Source of the DNA: Lepidodermella squamata
Taxonomy: Eukaryota > Animalia > Gastrotricha
NCBI GenBank assembly: GCA_047495785.1
Contig: JBLDXI010000024.1
Location: forward strand, 868,001-932,000
Reading direction: 5' to 3'
Length of the DNA stretch: 64,000 nt
Of this stretch, positions 36,601 to 49,190 are shown piece by piece. The position numbers were made by a program, and so were the translations under genes. Below the pieces are notes generated by a model. That model worked only from the letters and a program-made list of their open reading frames with translations. It was not told the DNA's origin and did not search any database. Within the stretch, counting starts at the first letter, position 1. The number at the start of each line of letters is the position of its first letter.

Positions 36601-39600
36601 ACCGAGGGTCACGCTGGTTATTGCAGCTGCCCGATTTGCTACAACGCTGGTCAGCGAGATTCGACGAACGAGAAAACCGCCTTTCCGTATGAAGAATACA
36701 AGCTTCGTCAAAACGGTCCTGGTATATGGCCCTGGTTACTTGGAAATCGTTCTACATATATGGAAAACGATGAAGTATTTGCAGCATTCACCACAGCAAC
36801 TGTAGATAGGAGTCGGAATTATAATCTTGAACACAATCGACATGTTCACCAATTTTCCACAGAGCCATCCGTCATCCAAACCAAGCAACTACGATATCTC
36901 GCCGTGTTATTTCTTCGCAGTCGACGCCACATATTACGCGTCTGCTTTCGGAAATTGTTCTGACATGAGCAAGCTGAACTAAATGACAGGTATGCGACTA
37001 TCATGTCTATACAATTGTGGCTACTATCTCTAGGTCTCTGATTTGTTTGATTTTGATCGCGCAACCCAATGTCATTTTGCAGCTGGCAAAGCGATCGCCG
37101 TTTTTCGAATCTGGGGTCAATGTGTCTCTAGAAAACTTCTGATTGTAAAAAGAAAATCGCTAAAATGTTTGCTTTACTGATTTATAACCACTTGCATAGT
37201 TGCAAATATAAGAATTTGTTTTTTAGTTTTCTTCCTTCAAAGTCGCTCCTCGTGCGTGATATTCCACGATGCAGAATCTAACGCTATAGCGGCTTCTTAT
37301 TAGGACGGCCGGTATTAGGGAAGCATCCCAACTTTCAATCCACTGCTTGCAAATTTGATTTGAAGAAAAATCAATAGCCACTGCTTTACCCACGTCACGA
37401 TGCGTCACTAGCACCTTAAATCTTGCTTGGCAGTTGTTTTTCGTGGAAGTTGACCCGGTGACTAAATCCGTTATCCCTATTACAACAGGAGATAGCACGA
37501 TCCCAAATTTGAGCCATCTTCAAGTGACTACCCGATTTGGCAACAACCATGAGCTATTCAGACTCACTGATTACCCCAAGTAAAGCCCCTTACTATTTAA
37601 TAATGCAATGTAATTCAAGTTGTACATATTACATACGAAGAGACAGCTCAGCTGTATCCATCATACTGCTGAATACAACAAAATCAGCTGATCAGCTGAT
37701 GTCCGGTGTCTACCACTATGTGATAAAGCATCTGGAGAAAGAAGTTCATCCGCAAATACCAGTCATCGAGGCAACATTCGGTCGTATCGAAGAGCCTCAT
37801 TCGGGTCAATCCGGAAGCCCAACCGACCAACCTTAGTGACGACGTGAAGTCTCTGAAGCTCCAGTAGCTCCAGCCGTTGCCCCTGACGATGGTGATGAAA
37901 CTCGGACCTGTCGAAACTAATCGCCCAGTCGCAACCGTGATAACATCATGATGCGCTGGCGGGATCTGGCAATGAAGAAATGCCGTGATACACAGCTGTT
38001 CTTCGGGCTGCAAATCAGTTGGCCGAGGTCGACAGTGCTCGTGTCGCTCGGCCAAACAGAGCTGCTCAGCAGCTTACAAATGCAAAAGTTGTTCCAACAA
38101 GTGATATTTTTGAAAATTTGGAAAATAAAGTGTTCGTCTTAACGTGTTACGTTATAGTGCTGCATCCAATATAATCCGGCTGTAGGTTGCGTAATTTGGG
38201 CTGCGTTTGTCCAAAATGCGCTGCGCACTTATTTGGGCGACGTGTTTTAATTAGGCGTTGTTTATATCAATCTTTTTTTTTTACATGCGCTGCTTTAAAA
38301 TGAGCGGCACGTCCAATGTCGATTGGCCAATAAGTATATCCATCCCACAAACTCACCCTACAATTAGTAACGCCTTTGTAAATCGTAACGCGTTACTCAA
38401 TCTACAGTCCCGTGTGTAGTCCGACAGGGGTCTGCGAGCAGGACGAGGATCGACTCGCTTCTGCTTATTCATTGATCAAGTTCAATGTTTTCCACATTCT
38501 TTAAACTCTGGCTCATAGGCGACGCGGCCGAGTGTGGACTCCCAAAAGGCGGCCTTGACTTAACGCTAATCCTGTAACCCGATACCATGGTTAGCATTGC
38601 TATGGAGGCCCCAGGCCGCTGAGCAGCGTTGCCAAAAAACTATCTGAACTATCCAGATTGTATTTAAAAAATGTTGATTGAAACGAAACTGGCGCGTCAG
38701 GTGCGCGAAAACTTACGAAGTATTTCCTGAGCCGTATCATTATTATTTAATTATTTTTCAGTTGCTGGTATCTGTTACTCAATTTTGATCAATTAGCACA
38801 CTGTATACTGAGCGATATAACAAAATCCATTATAAAGGACTCGATCCAACATTCACTGTCAAACATTATCCAAACAGCACTCTCAAGTAAATTAGAAAAA
38901 AGTTATAATAACACAAAACCAACCTGGAGCGCTGCAGGAATCGTGATAATTTTCATGATCGCACTCGAAAGACGTTCGATGTAGTATTCCCAGTCGAGAA
39001 CAGCGCGCAAATGAAGCTCATCGCTCGACGCGGTTTTCAGCCATTTCTTCAAGTAATGCGTCCTAACGTGAGGCTCGGCTTGGAAAATCGCCAGCGGAAT
39101 CGCACGTTCAGCAACCGGAACACCCTCCGGCTTTTTCGCAATAACGAATCGACAACTGAGGCCAGAACTTCGAACCATATCGTTGCCGAGAAATTCAGCC
39201 AGGCGTTTCGCAGTTGAAATCGAGGTCGACTTTTGCTTACCGTAATCTTCAAGTTTTTTCGACATGCTACGATTCTCAGAAATCAGCTCGAACAACTCGT
39301 CATCGGGTAGATCAGCGCCCTTGCTATACAGCACGTCCAGCCAAAAATCGGCGATGCTAGCCACAGCGGCGTAGCATTCTTGCAGCGTCGTTCCGCGGAG
39401 AAACGCTTCGAAAATCGCAGATTGGAAAATTTTGATGAGCTGCAACTCGCCTCGACGTTTGATTTCGAAACCCTTCAACTCGGCGAGAGATTTGTCGAAA
39501 TTGAACACAGCGTAACGCTTTTTCAGCTTCTTGCCCTCCTCCTTACTAGCGGGAAGAACCATCGCCAGATACGGGCCGTCGACTTCGAAGAAAATCGTGT

Positions 39601-42570
39601 TTTCTGTACAATTAAAATTAAATTTTTCCAATTTAAAAAATGAATTTTATCAACCTGATCGAATTTCGTAGCGAAGACGCTCCGGATCTGTCAGCTCGTG
39701 ATATTGGTCATTCGTAAACTCGTCCCGCAATAGCAAATTCAACACAGCGCCACAGTAGGAAATCGTAATTTTCGGCTTTTTCGGATTCGTAGTTTCAATT
39801 ACGAAGTTTTCAGGGAAAGTTCGAGGGAAGGCACACCAGATACCATCGGTATCCAACTCAAGCGGCCGGCCGACTTGTTCAATTAACTGGCGAGCTCTTG
39901 TGATGATATTAGCACCCATCAAACACACAATACCCGCCATTTCCATGCTGAACCAACGCGAGCCGCGTCGCATGACGTAGCCGTAAAACGAGTTCAAAAT
40001 ACACTTGTGAGCCAGCTGAAGAGAATCATAGAGAATCATCATCGCGTTGCAGCGTTTAATCTCATCAGGGTCGTTATTTTTCGTCGCTTCGTCCAATTTT
40101 CGCTTCCAGATTTTGACGAGGTCTTTGAATTCGTAACGGCGATCTCGAAAAGCTCGGACTGTATCGACGTAGAACGAATTTTCGCGTTGGCAAACCGTTG
40201 ATACCTTCTCCTTCGTTACAGACACGTGAACTCGTTTGTAAACAGTCCTGCAGTAATCTTCCATCCGTTTCCGCTGAACTTTAACCCGTTCTTCCATATC
40301 GAGTTGATGGAAGTAGCGCGGGGCTGAATTAGGCGGCGCGTTCGGGCCCGGTGGGAATTTTTCAGTAGCCAACTGTCGCTCGATATGCTGAACTTCAGTC
40401 CGAGTCAACGGCATAATTTCACCTCTCCACATCCAATTCAGCTTACGCTGACATTTCGCACCAGGGCGATTGAAGTCACAAGCCGCGCAAACAGCTTCGT
40501 CCACCAAAGCTGGAGGCTGTAAGCTAAAATTTGAATAAAAAATTAATTAAGGTGGATTTTTTCAAAATTTACTCACCGATTGGTAAGAATGATGTTTGGA
40601 TACATCGCACCAACATCCAAGTGGTAAATTGTTGGATTTTCGAGCCGATTTGGGCAATCGCGAAGCTGGGACAGCTTTCCGATGATCGCATCGCACACCT
40701 CCCGGTAATTTTTAACCTGATCCATTGGAATTCCATGCTCAACCGTAATCGCATTTTTGATCGTGCGATCAACGTTTTCAATCAACGTCTGGCACGCGTC
40801 TGGGTTCATTCGAAAACGGCAGGGAATATCGGCTCGAAATACGCCGGATTCGAGAGCTTCGACGTGGCCGCCGACGTAGGTTTCACTCTCGAGAACATGA
40901 CCGTCTGGTGTGAAGACCTGGCCCGGAGTTACCTGCTTATTCGGATAAATAATTCCTGCATGGAACGCCTGGACCATGAGCAGAGTTTCGCAAAGGGTTC
41001 CGGACCCTTTACGCAAAACTTCATCCGGGGTCATCGGGATGATTGTGCACAACGCAAAAATGAAAGGATGAACGTATTTTTGGTACAAATAAAACGTTGC
41101 CACCGCGTCTGATACCGAGTAATTCGCCAAAGTTTGCGGCTGTTCTTGAGCCATTCGTAACATATCTTCTGGGTCCAATTCGTGAGGGTCGTAATGTAAT
41201 TTCGCCTTAGCAACGGCTTTCAACCCGTGACTACCGACTGGTAAATAACTGTCACGTTTCACCCAAGCTAGACAATCCATATGGATAATTGGACGGCTCA
41301 AAAATTCGCCAAGACCAGCTTTAGCAAATCCCGTTTCCATGTTGATGTCCATTTTATTCGCAGCAGCTCGAGCTTCAAGGAAGGGCCAATCAAAGTTATC
41401 ACCGTTGTACGTTACAATGATGTTAGGCTTCACTTCTTGAATATGCTCTAAAAACCTTTGAATAGAAGCCATCTAAAATAAAATGAAATTAGTTTTTAGG
41501 TTGTTTCGGCAGTCATGTCTATACCTCGTTCGCTTCATTGAAAATCGTGAATGGGCCGTCATACTCGGGTCGAGGAGTGAAACTGAAGTCTTCGATATCC
41601 TGGCTAACAATCTCGCGATTGCAAATCAGAAAACCCTTGCCGTTGATCATGTATGAAATCATCATGATTTGATCGATTCTTGAATCAGGAAATTTCAGGG
41701 GCGACTTGGTCGTCTCCAAATCGTAGGCTAAAATTACTGGCTCAGGCTGGTCGACTAGATCCGGTCGGGGTTTGATGTCTGGGCAGCCAGAGGTTCGACC
41801 GCGAACTGCGTACCAACGACCAACATTCATTTTCAAATCAATAGCAGCTCGAATGTGATATGGTACATCATGCTCCCTGGGTGAAAAATTGACGAAATCA
41901 GAAGAAGGTTTCTCTATGTCTCAAGCACTAACCTAACGTCCAAAATATTGCAAACTTGGTCAGTAATCAACTGATAGCGACGGGAATCCGAAGAGACAGC
42001 CGTAACATCCAGAACCATGTTTTTCGCTTTTTCAGCCTCGGCATTTTTCTTTGCAATAGGTTGAATCTCGCGCTTGACACGAACAAGGTCATCAACGGTT
42101 AGGAAGCTGAGCTTCAAATATGGCTGCATTAACCCAGTCAAATGATTCGCAAGTTCCAGGTCGACTTTTTGAACACATTCGATGTTGACAATTTTTCCTG
42201 AAAACTTGCGATTTAAATACGACGCAACTTCACGCTCAGTGTTAGCCCGAGTTCCGACGTAGAAATAAGGACGAAAAGGTACCGTTAATTTAAATCGAGA
42301 ACCATCTTCTTGGATAAAATAGTAGTCAACAGCGCTCACCAGCCGCTTTCCGTCGTCGATGACGTCGGTAGGGTGCATGTTCACTAGCCAACCGACGCGT
42401 TCAAACGATTCTTTGTAACGATCGAAGCCGAATCTGCTATCGAGGGCATCTGACATTTGAGCGCGTTTAAGCCGTCTTTCGGCAGATTCACCGGCATACT
42501 TATCGGCCTCCTTCTCCTCATTATCTTCACGGCCTCCCTCTTCATTATGTTCTTCATCATCGTCAAACAT
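24683..42570 (-). CDS. POLE: DNA polymerase epsilon catalytic subunit A (9 exons, 2346 aa)
   Basis: Exons 42570-41933, 41876-41525, 41472-40577, 40523-39655, 39603-38924, 36334-35602, 32155-30688, 28003-27261, 25344-24683 total 7041 nt in frame. Exonuclease motifs DLETTK and YNGDNFDWP, polymerase motifs [15 protein letters not shown] and ELDTDG, and C-terminal Cys motifs. Confidence 0.97.
25410..27230 (+). mobile_element. Decayed MULE/Mutator-like transposon relic in POLE intron 8
   Basis: [23 protein letters not shown] (about 25550-25620) matches the segment just before the first catalytic Asp of animal MULE transposases. The rest is deleted and the boundaries are approximate. Confidence 0.6.
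28478..29306 (+). pseudogene. BEN-domain-like gene relic in POLE intron 7 (spliced, frameshifted)
   Basis: [23 protein letters not shown]...[11 protein letters not shown], then a GT..AG intron (about 28770-28918) into EFLMKHFP, then a frameshift to [12 protein letters not shown] and an A/K-rich tail. Confidence 0.5.
29811..30314 (+). CDS. Hypothetical ORF in POLE intron 7, probably transposon-derived
   Basis: 167-aa ORF with protein-like composition next to the BEN-like relic. No secure family assignment. Confidence 0.3.
   Translation: MVELPYFADISDGKCEAVSFANSNKKQKKPVKAKAQKLPPRMRHFSKSYEAGIIDSSKFAAPLHDPLTAYAIIESLRSDKTKLDAFWFQRVVECYFSGMWDVCTFSFLRHQYGDAFVAGVTAARYKLLRYAAEHLCHRAGFPVNRRRGSWYCYLHIAMHSAIISSLF
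32965..35465 (+). CDS. Nested antisense gene in POLE intron 6: orphan single-pass membrane protein (499 aa)
   Basis: Exons 32965-33281, 33790-34784 and 35278-35465. Both GT-AG introns have matching phases (2 and 1), giving a 1500-nt open frame with [16 protein letters not shown]. Confidence 0.8.
36480..38150 (+). mobile_element. Decayed CMC/EnSpm-like transposon relic in POLE intron 5
   Basis: [15 protein letters not shown] (about 36607-36650) resembles the H/N-G-Y-x-x-C-x-x-C motif of CMC transposases. Broken ORFs follow and the boundaries are approximate. Confidence 0.45.
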
Positions 42571-42813
42571 TATTAACCGATTGGAGCCACTCTGTGGCAC
42601 CTATTAAACCAGAAATATCATGCACTGACCTATCATAAAATGACTTTTATTGCAATCCATCTCAAGGAATAAGAAAAGTTATGAAAGCTTCGTCAAAACA
42701 GCGTGACAGCGAGAATAAACCGGAACAAAACTGGGAATGATTGATAGCAAAATCATTCAAACAAATCATAACGATCGCTGGGTTAGAGGTAACTAATGTT
42801 AACTAACTAAAAC

Positions 42814-43173
42814 TCATTGTGACTGGCCATTAGTTTGCCCGCCGCTGCGGAGAGCCCCGAGGTAAGTCACAGAAGATTTCGAGAAAATGCGGTCGTTGTC
42901 CCTAAGCTTGCGTGCGCGCTTTTCGGCGGCGCTAGCACTGAGTTGCGATGTCCTTGTCGCCAACGATCGGTCCCATCCATGAACGACGTTGCCGAAGCTT
43001 TGAGTGTCTTGTAGATAGGAGCCCTCAAACGCGAAGATTTGGCGTTCCACGTGAGCGAGAGATTCCACGATTTCAGCTTTGCGCTTAAGCAGCTCTCTGA
43101 GCTCAGCTTTCGGATCGGCTACTACAGCACTTCCAACAGGAGCTTGTTCCTTTTTAGCTTTTGCATTGCTCAT
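42814..43173 (-). CDS. MEAF6: Chromatin modification-related protein MEAF6/Eaf6 (NuA4 subunit)
   Basis: Motifs ELRELLKRKAEI, ERQIFAFEGSYLQDT, GNVVHGWD and DRIFSKSSVT. Confidence 0.93.
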   Translation of the reverse strand: MSNAKAKKEQAPVGSAVVADPKAELRELLKRKAEIVESLAHVERQIFAFEGSYLQDTQSFGNVVHGWDRSLATRTSQLSASAAEKRARKLRDNDRIFSKSSVTYLGALRSGGQTNGQSQ

Positions 43174-43329
43174 ATTTAAGTTAAAAAACCTATGAAAGAA
43201 AATTAATCATCAATCAAATTGTGTAACACAATATTAAAGTATTGATGGTGATTCTGACTATCATGTTGGAGCTAGGAAAACACCCAAAAATACCACCTCG
43301 TCGGATACGCCCCAATGTAGCAAAGCAGT

Positions 43330-45030
43330 CTGAATAACTCAATTGCTACATTGACAAAAATATTCATGGCTGAATTCCAGAAAGTCAAGGTTAAGCTGGA
43401 GCAATCTGAAGCGCTGGTTACCGAGAGGGCGAAACAAGTCGCGGAGTTAATAGACAAGCTGGATTTGGTCTCGGACGAAAATGCAATGCTCAAATTTACG
43501 GTCAACAAGCTCTGTGGAATGGCCATCGCACGTGAACAAAGCGACCACCAACAAGCTGACAGCATTTTTGTGTCTGGTATCGGTGCCACTTCAGCGGAAG
43601 ACTATGTTAACCAAGTGAAGGCTTTGGCCATCGATGAGGATATCAAAAACGCTCTTACGGCTGATGGCATTGAAAGCGTTGTATACCTCCCTCCGAAGCA
43701 TGGTCAACTCGTCCGCCAGAATCAATGATCGGTCAACTTTCGCCAAGCTATCGCAAAGTGGGCTGAAAGTTTATCCTTCTAAGGGTCCAATGGAACGGTG
43801 TTCTCGCTCGATACTTGTCAACAAAAAAAAGCTTTGATTGAACAACATAAGGCTGCTCTGACGTCCTCCGACATCGTCGGCAGTCGGCTACTCACCAACC
43901 TTGGTAACTACGATCTCTGATTTGTCTCCAATCAAGTTGTTCCTGCCATCGGCTCGGCTGAGAAACACGTGCCTCCATGGCGCTCAATTAATAACTAATA
44001 ATTACTTACCTATGATTTTATTGTTCATAAGAAGTTGATTATAAATAAAAATATGAACTAGACTTTTCCCCGCGCCCAAGAGTCTTACGTAGAGGAATAT
44101 TATTTTTAGATAGAAAATGCGAATTCAAAAGCTTAGTTTCGACGTTTTTTTACCGAATTGTAAGAACTTGTTGCGTTTTTCGAAGATTACTCTAAGAGTA
44201 TCTCTCGAATCACGAAGTACCAATCAGCACTTGCCAATGACTTCAAGGCGAAACGAAGCAGATTTCAAAGAGAGATTACAAAAGCCGCGAAATCCCATCT
44301 AGTCAACCTCTGAAAGGTTAAAACAACTTCAGTCATGATCCTAGGACCTATCGCACCACCTAGACCTCGGACCTACAAGGCAAACTCACGAATTGTCGGT
44401 TTTCAGTTTAAAACATCATGAATTCAGTACTTTTCCCAAATTGAGGCAGAGATGCCTAAACCGTAATCTCTGAATGGTCAATGTCCCGAAATCGCATTCA
44501 CTTCTCTAGTCGCCTGACCAAGGACAACATGAACGTGAACATTGAGCATGACCAAGGACAAAGAGCAACGAGCAACGAGTGGAACGCCAAAGCCAAAAAA
44601 GATCACGAGAAGCCTTTAAAAACACCTTTTTTCTTTTAGGGCTGGGGTTCGGATACGAACCCAGCCGTTTCGGAGTCGCTGATTTACAAAATATTGTAAG
44701 TGTTAAATTCGTTATAAAAATTAATTTTATAATGAAATCGAAATTATATGATTATTTCTGTGAAGAATTTCAAAAGCGCGCTAATTTTGAAAAAAAACCG
44801 AGCGACCAATCGACCGGCCGACCTGAACCTGGTACATTTTGCGGTAACAGATTTGCGGTACCGCGGTGCCAATCTGGCATAAAAAGTAAACATAAATTAC
44901 TTGAAAGAATACCGTTTACAGTTAAGATTCAAGCTATAAAGTGTGTTACCTAGTGGTAAGAGCAGAAAAAGCACATGATCGGGGACTTCGATGTGCAGAA
45001 TCAATGGATGCTACCTGGTGGATGCTAATT
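43330..45030 (+). mobile_element. Probable decayed non-LTR retrotransposon fragments
   Basis: Coiled coil followed by SIFVSGI (ORF1/RRM-like) at 43351-43728, and IGDFDVQNQW (like the APE endonuclease GDFN motif) at about 44978-45007. Heavily broken. Confidence 0.35.
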
Positions 45031-45757
45031 TATAATTCATCTTCCAGAGCAGCCACGCAGGAAGAACAGTAAATTCTTAGGAAATTTCACCAGCATGGAA
45101 AATCGCGACTCAGTCATATTGAAATCAGGTTAGAACACTCGTTTACACAGTGAAACTCCGAGTAAACTCGTGTGAAACTCCGATTTCCTCTAACCAGTAT
45201 GTTGCCTTCCCATCATTTAGTATCAGCTCAGGTATCTCAGTCATCTTCAATAAGCCGACGGTTGTTTGCTGCGATGAGAGTGTAAGGAATGTGCTATCAT
45301 GTGACAACTGATTAGGCAATGATCAGCATGTTTGTCTCAGTTTAGTTTATTGTTCCATTTGAAAATTCCACTCGTCGATGTTCGGTTTATTAAATAAAGC
45401 TGTAGAGTATCGATTGGCAAAGTCCTTTCTTCGGTGTTGCGGAAAGTTTTTTCAAAGCGCAGGACAGTTGGATGAGAGCATCGGCGTTGCTATTAATACT
45501 CAAATGAACAATTTATTTACTTAAGAAGCCATATCGCCCAGAAGTGGGCAGCTTTGCAAGTTGAATGAAAGAGAACCATATTATTGTACGACAGGTTGCA
45601 GAGGTATATTAGGACAATTCAGATGACAATGTGAAACAATGTCACAATAGACGCTTTTACTCTATTATTCAGGTGTACAAGACGCCAAAGTGTCTCATAT
45701 CGTGATGAGGCGTAAAACTATGGCCACAATTAACTTCTTAGAAATGCATCAGTTTTA

Positions 45758-45812
45758 GTATGTGCCCGTCCGGTGTTATGAGTTTCAGTATGTGTCCGTC
45801 CGGTGTTATGAG
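45758..45812. repeat. Tandem duplication with a 30-bp period
   Basis: AGTATGTG(C/T)CCGTCCGGTGTTATGAGT occurs twice. Confidence 0.8.
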
Positions 45813-47853
45813 TGGCGCACTGTCCCGGACAAGCGCCTTTTCGTACTGTGCCTGCGCCTTTTTTCTTACCTTCCAAATTGTATATTTTCGTTATCTGGAA
45901 AAAAGGACAAAATAAAAAGCTTTTCGTTTTCGTTTCGTTTCAATTGTGCATGTTTTCGCTAAAAAACCTCATCTTGGTCAGTTTACCAGTGCTTTATTGA
46001 GAATTAGTTTGGAAAAGGGGAAGCAAACTGGTGTGTAAACCATCAAGAAGATTCAATTGAAACTGTAGCTTTCATGAAGGACCTTAAAGCAACACCGGAC
46101 ATTCATCGAAAGTTGGGGTTGGTGCGAGGGCAAGGTCCGCAACTGAATGTCCGGTTGGGTTTTCGGATCAAGGATCAAGTATAACGCGAAATTCCACAAA
46201 ATGCGACGACATACATACTAATTGATTGGGGCTGAATAGGCAAGAAAGTATCCAAGACCTACGAATACGACATCGATGAAGTCTTTGCTCGTGAGTCAAT
46301 AGGTACGGCCTGCCATATCGTCTGATAAGCGATGTCACAACAACAGTGAGTGTGAGTTGGTCAGTGAGCCAAAAAATTCTGCTATTCTTTGGGGAATCTG
46401 TCATCCTGTATATCATGGACTGTCGCAGAGGAATACCGCGGAGTTGCTTCGTAAGCCACTCTGAGATTGATACTTGATCTGAACATTGAACTGAGAATTT
46501 CGAGGTCTCATGCCCTTGTTCGACGTTCAACGAGGCAATAAGAGTAGTGCTATCATCTCCGCTGTTGATTTAAAATGACTTGATCGGAAAAATATTTATT
46601 GCTATGTATCATCTGTTTCAAACAGCGGAGGCGATTGTTGCTCGTTGTGCTCGCATGTGCATAGTTGAAGCAACTAAAATGGGCATCGATGGCGCTCTGT
46701 TTCGACCAAGTATGTTATGATTCAATGCAACTTATTCTGGCATACTTGCAGATCGCTGGTTTGACGGCCAATTGCCCTTGCGATTGACGACTCACATCGC
46801 CGCTACTTGCACTAACCTTCCAATTGAGTCTTCCAATTGGATTCAAGTTACTTTGGGTAGTAGAACAGGCAAGTTTGCAGTCAGGTTCATGTGAGGAGCT
46901 CACCTCGACTCGACTCTAATAGTGTACTCAACAGTGTTCACCGAACACTGCGCGAACCACAAATGACCCCAACTTCTCTTGTTTTCTTTGCACATATTAT
47001 CTACACTACACTACTCAACTGTTGTAACTTGTAACCCAGAATTGCTCACAGACCCGGGATCCTGGATGCATAGATCGAATGGATCGATTCCATAGATAGT
47101 CGCCCTCCCGATCACGTCAACCCACACAACTACTGACCGCGTTAGGTTCACCCCGTCACGAACTCCGCCAACCGCAGGGTGGAGGTCGTCGAAATTGTTC
47201 CCCGAATCACTCTGAACCCCAGCCTCTGGCCTGGCCTCGGCCAGTGTAATTGAAAGCACGAATTCCCGCCTATTCATGGTAAAATTTACAAAGTTATTTA
47301 TTTTATCAGCAATTTTATATTAATCAAGATCCAAGTATTTAATAAATATGACCTTCACTCGTTGAAGGCGCTATTATTTTTTGGCAGGCGTTTGCCGAGC
47401 GTTCGCATCTAACCTTGACGCTTGTTCCACATCAAGTGCGAGTGCATTCCATGCATTTGTTTACCTGTAACACCTAGCTACTTAGAGCCCTTTATCTTTT
47501 TTCTAACCACAGTTCCTTCCTTCCGTATTTATCGCTTGTTCGCATTTGTTTCGCCTGTCCTCATTGCTCGTTGAGCGAAGCGAAGTGACATGTTAGTGAG
47601 TGATTAATGAAGGGGCAATCACTCAGCTCTCTGTTGTTTCATGCTTGACGAAGAGTTCATCCACCGCCTTTCTGATCTTTCTTTCATGATTCACGATATT
47701 CAACTCTGCTCAACACACCTAGCACATGGCACACCTCTGCTCAATCAAGATTCAAGACCATACTTGTTCAGTTTGCTTCATCTGCTCATCATTCCGTATA
47801 GTTTATAGATAATTTATAATCGCATTGGGCAGCCAATTTTCGTGTAAATTGGC

Positions 47854-49190
47854 ATGTCTAACTTGGTTCCTCTCATCTCATCAAGCCCTGCTCCTCCAGT
47901 CGTCGAAGAGGAAGATGCTGTGGAAAGTTGGCCAATAATATTTATTGCTGATGAGCGAGGATATGTTACGAGAATTCCGATAAATAACTTTGACTCGTTA
48001 TTTGGGACCCCTGATCAGTGCCAACAGTGCGGCGAACAATGCTCTTCTAATGAAAGTTCGGCGGAGACTTATCCGACTACCTTGGATATGTTACCACCTG
48101 AAGTTCTCACAGAAATATTCTTGAGAGTGGACCACAAGGATTTGTTCGAAAGTTGCATTTTTGTTTGCAAGCGATTTTATTATCTGATTCGATCAGCCGA
48201 GTTCTGTTTGGCTAGATTTGAGCCAGAGCTTGGTCGAAGAGCTTTGAGGAATGTTCTTTCCTGCCCTCCAAGTCTGGGCAGTATAAGCCTGGAGGATCTT
48301 CGCCTTAGTTTTGGAAGGAATCTTTTTACCCGAAGCCGTCAAGTTAGTCATTGGTGGTCTTCGGTAAGATTACTAGATGAAATGTAACCTGGATTGTATA
48401 ATATTTATGTCGTCCATTCAGAAACTTCACGAGGAAACGCGGATTGTATCGTGGCCTCATAACAAAATGTCGAATCCGCACAGTCTGGTGCGTCGACATC
48501 GCTGCCCTCGACACGCTCGAGAAGTTTTTGAGGGCGAATTGACATCACTAATTGCCCAACAGCCTCACATTAAAGACATTATCAACTGGCTGGATCGGCC
48601 AATATGCGTTTGCGTTTTCGATCAGCCTGATGAATCGATTGGCCGTGCTATGACACACTGGGTCCTCGATTTCGATGACAGATGCGCCAAGGTTTGCACT
48701 ACTAGAATATTCAGATCGCATTTCATACCATTTTTTTGTCAACAGATTTTGGATATTATGTGCCCGCCCCTGGCTGTCGGGGTTTGGGCCCCTGATGGAA
48801 ATTCTTCTCAATTCTTATTGCTTTCAGCGTGTCTTGAGGGTGAAGATGGCTCACCCTTGGCAACCATTGATGTTGGTTTGACTAAAACGAGTGCGAATAG
48901 AATTAATCGAAATTTTATTTTAGGTTCAACACGGAAGCGAGATTGTCGGTCCTATTGGAAAGCGACGGCTTTTTGTCTACCTGATCTTTCGCAATTATCC
49001 ACAGGGTGTGCGACGAGTCAACATCCAGTTCCGTAATATTTACAGCAGTCAGACAGTCACTTCGGGGCGAGCCGCTGTTTTCACGGGCGCCACCGTTCGT
49101 CTGTTGTTACCTCGCCAAGACAATAATGGCGGTCAGTCTACGCGTTTTCCTGATCAAAGTTTTTCGTCCGTCAATTTTAGAATGAGCTAA
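47854..49190 (+). CDS. F-box protein with FBA-like domain (FBXO2/6/44-like, about 390 aa)
   Basis: Exons 47854-48363, 48422-48691, 48746-48871, 48924-49190. F-box LDMLPPEVLTEIF...VCKRFY; FBA-like ILDIMCPPLAVGVW, IFRNYPQGVRRVNIQF and FTGATVRL. Confidence 0.82.

Noticed and set aside
24683-42600. Several separate or split polymerase genes, inteins or self-splicing introns
   Set aside because: All pieces join through canonical GT-AG introns with matching phases into one full-length POLE.
46168-47277. Minus-strand ORFs as viral or transposase fragments
   Set aside because: No recognisable motif, so no call can be supported.
48924-49036. Apparent frameshift in the F-box gene (pseudogene)
   Set aside because: Using the GTTGGT donor at 48872 puts the last exon in the FBA-like frame (IFRNYPQGVR) with no lesion.
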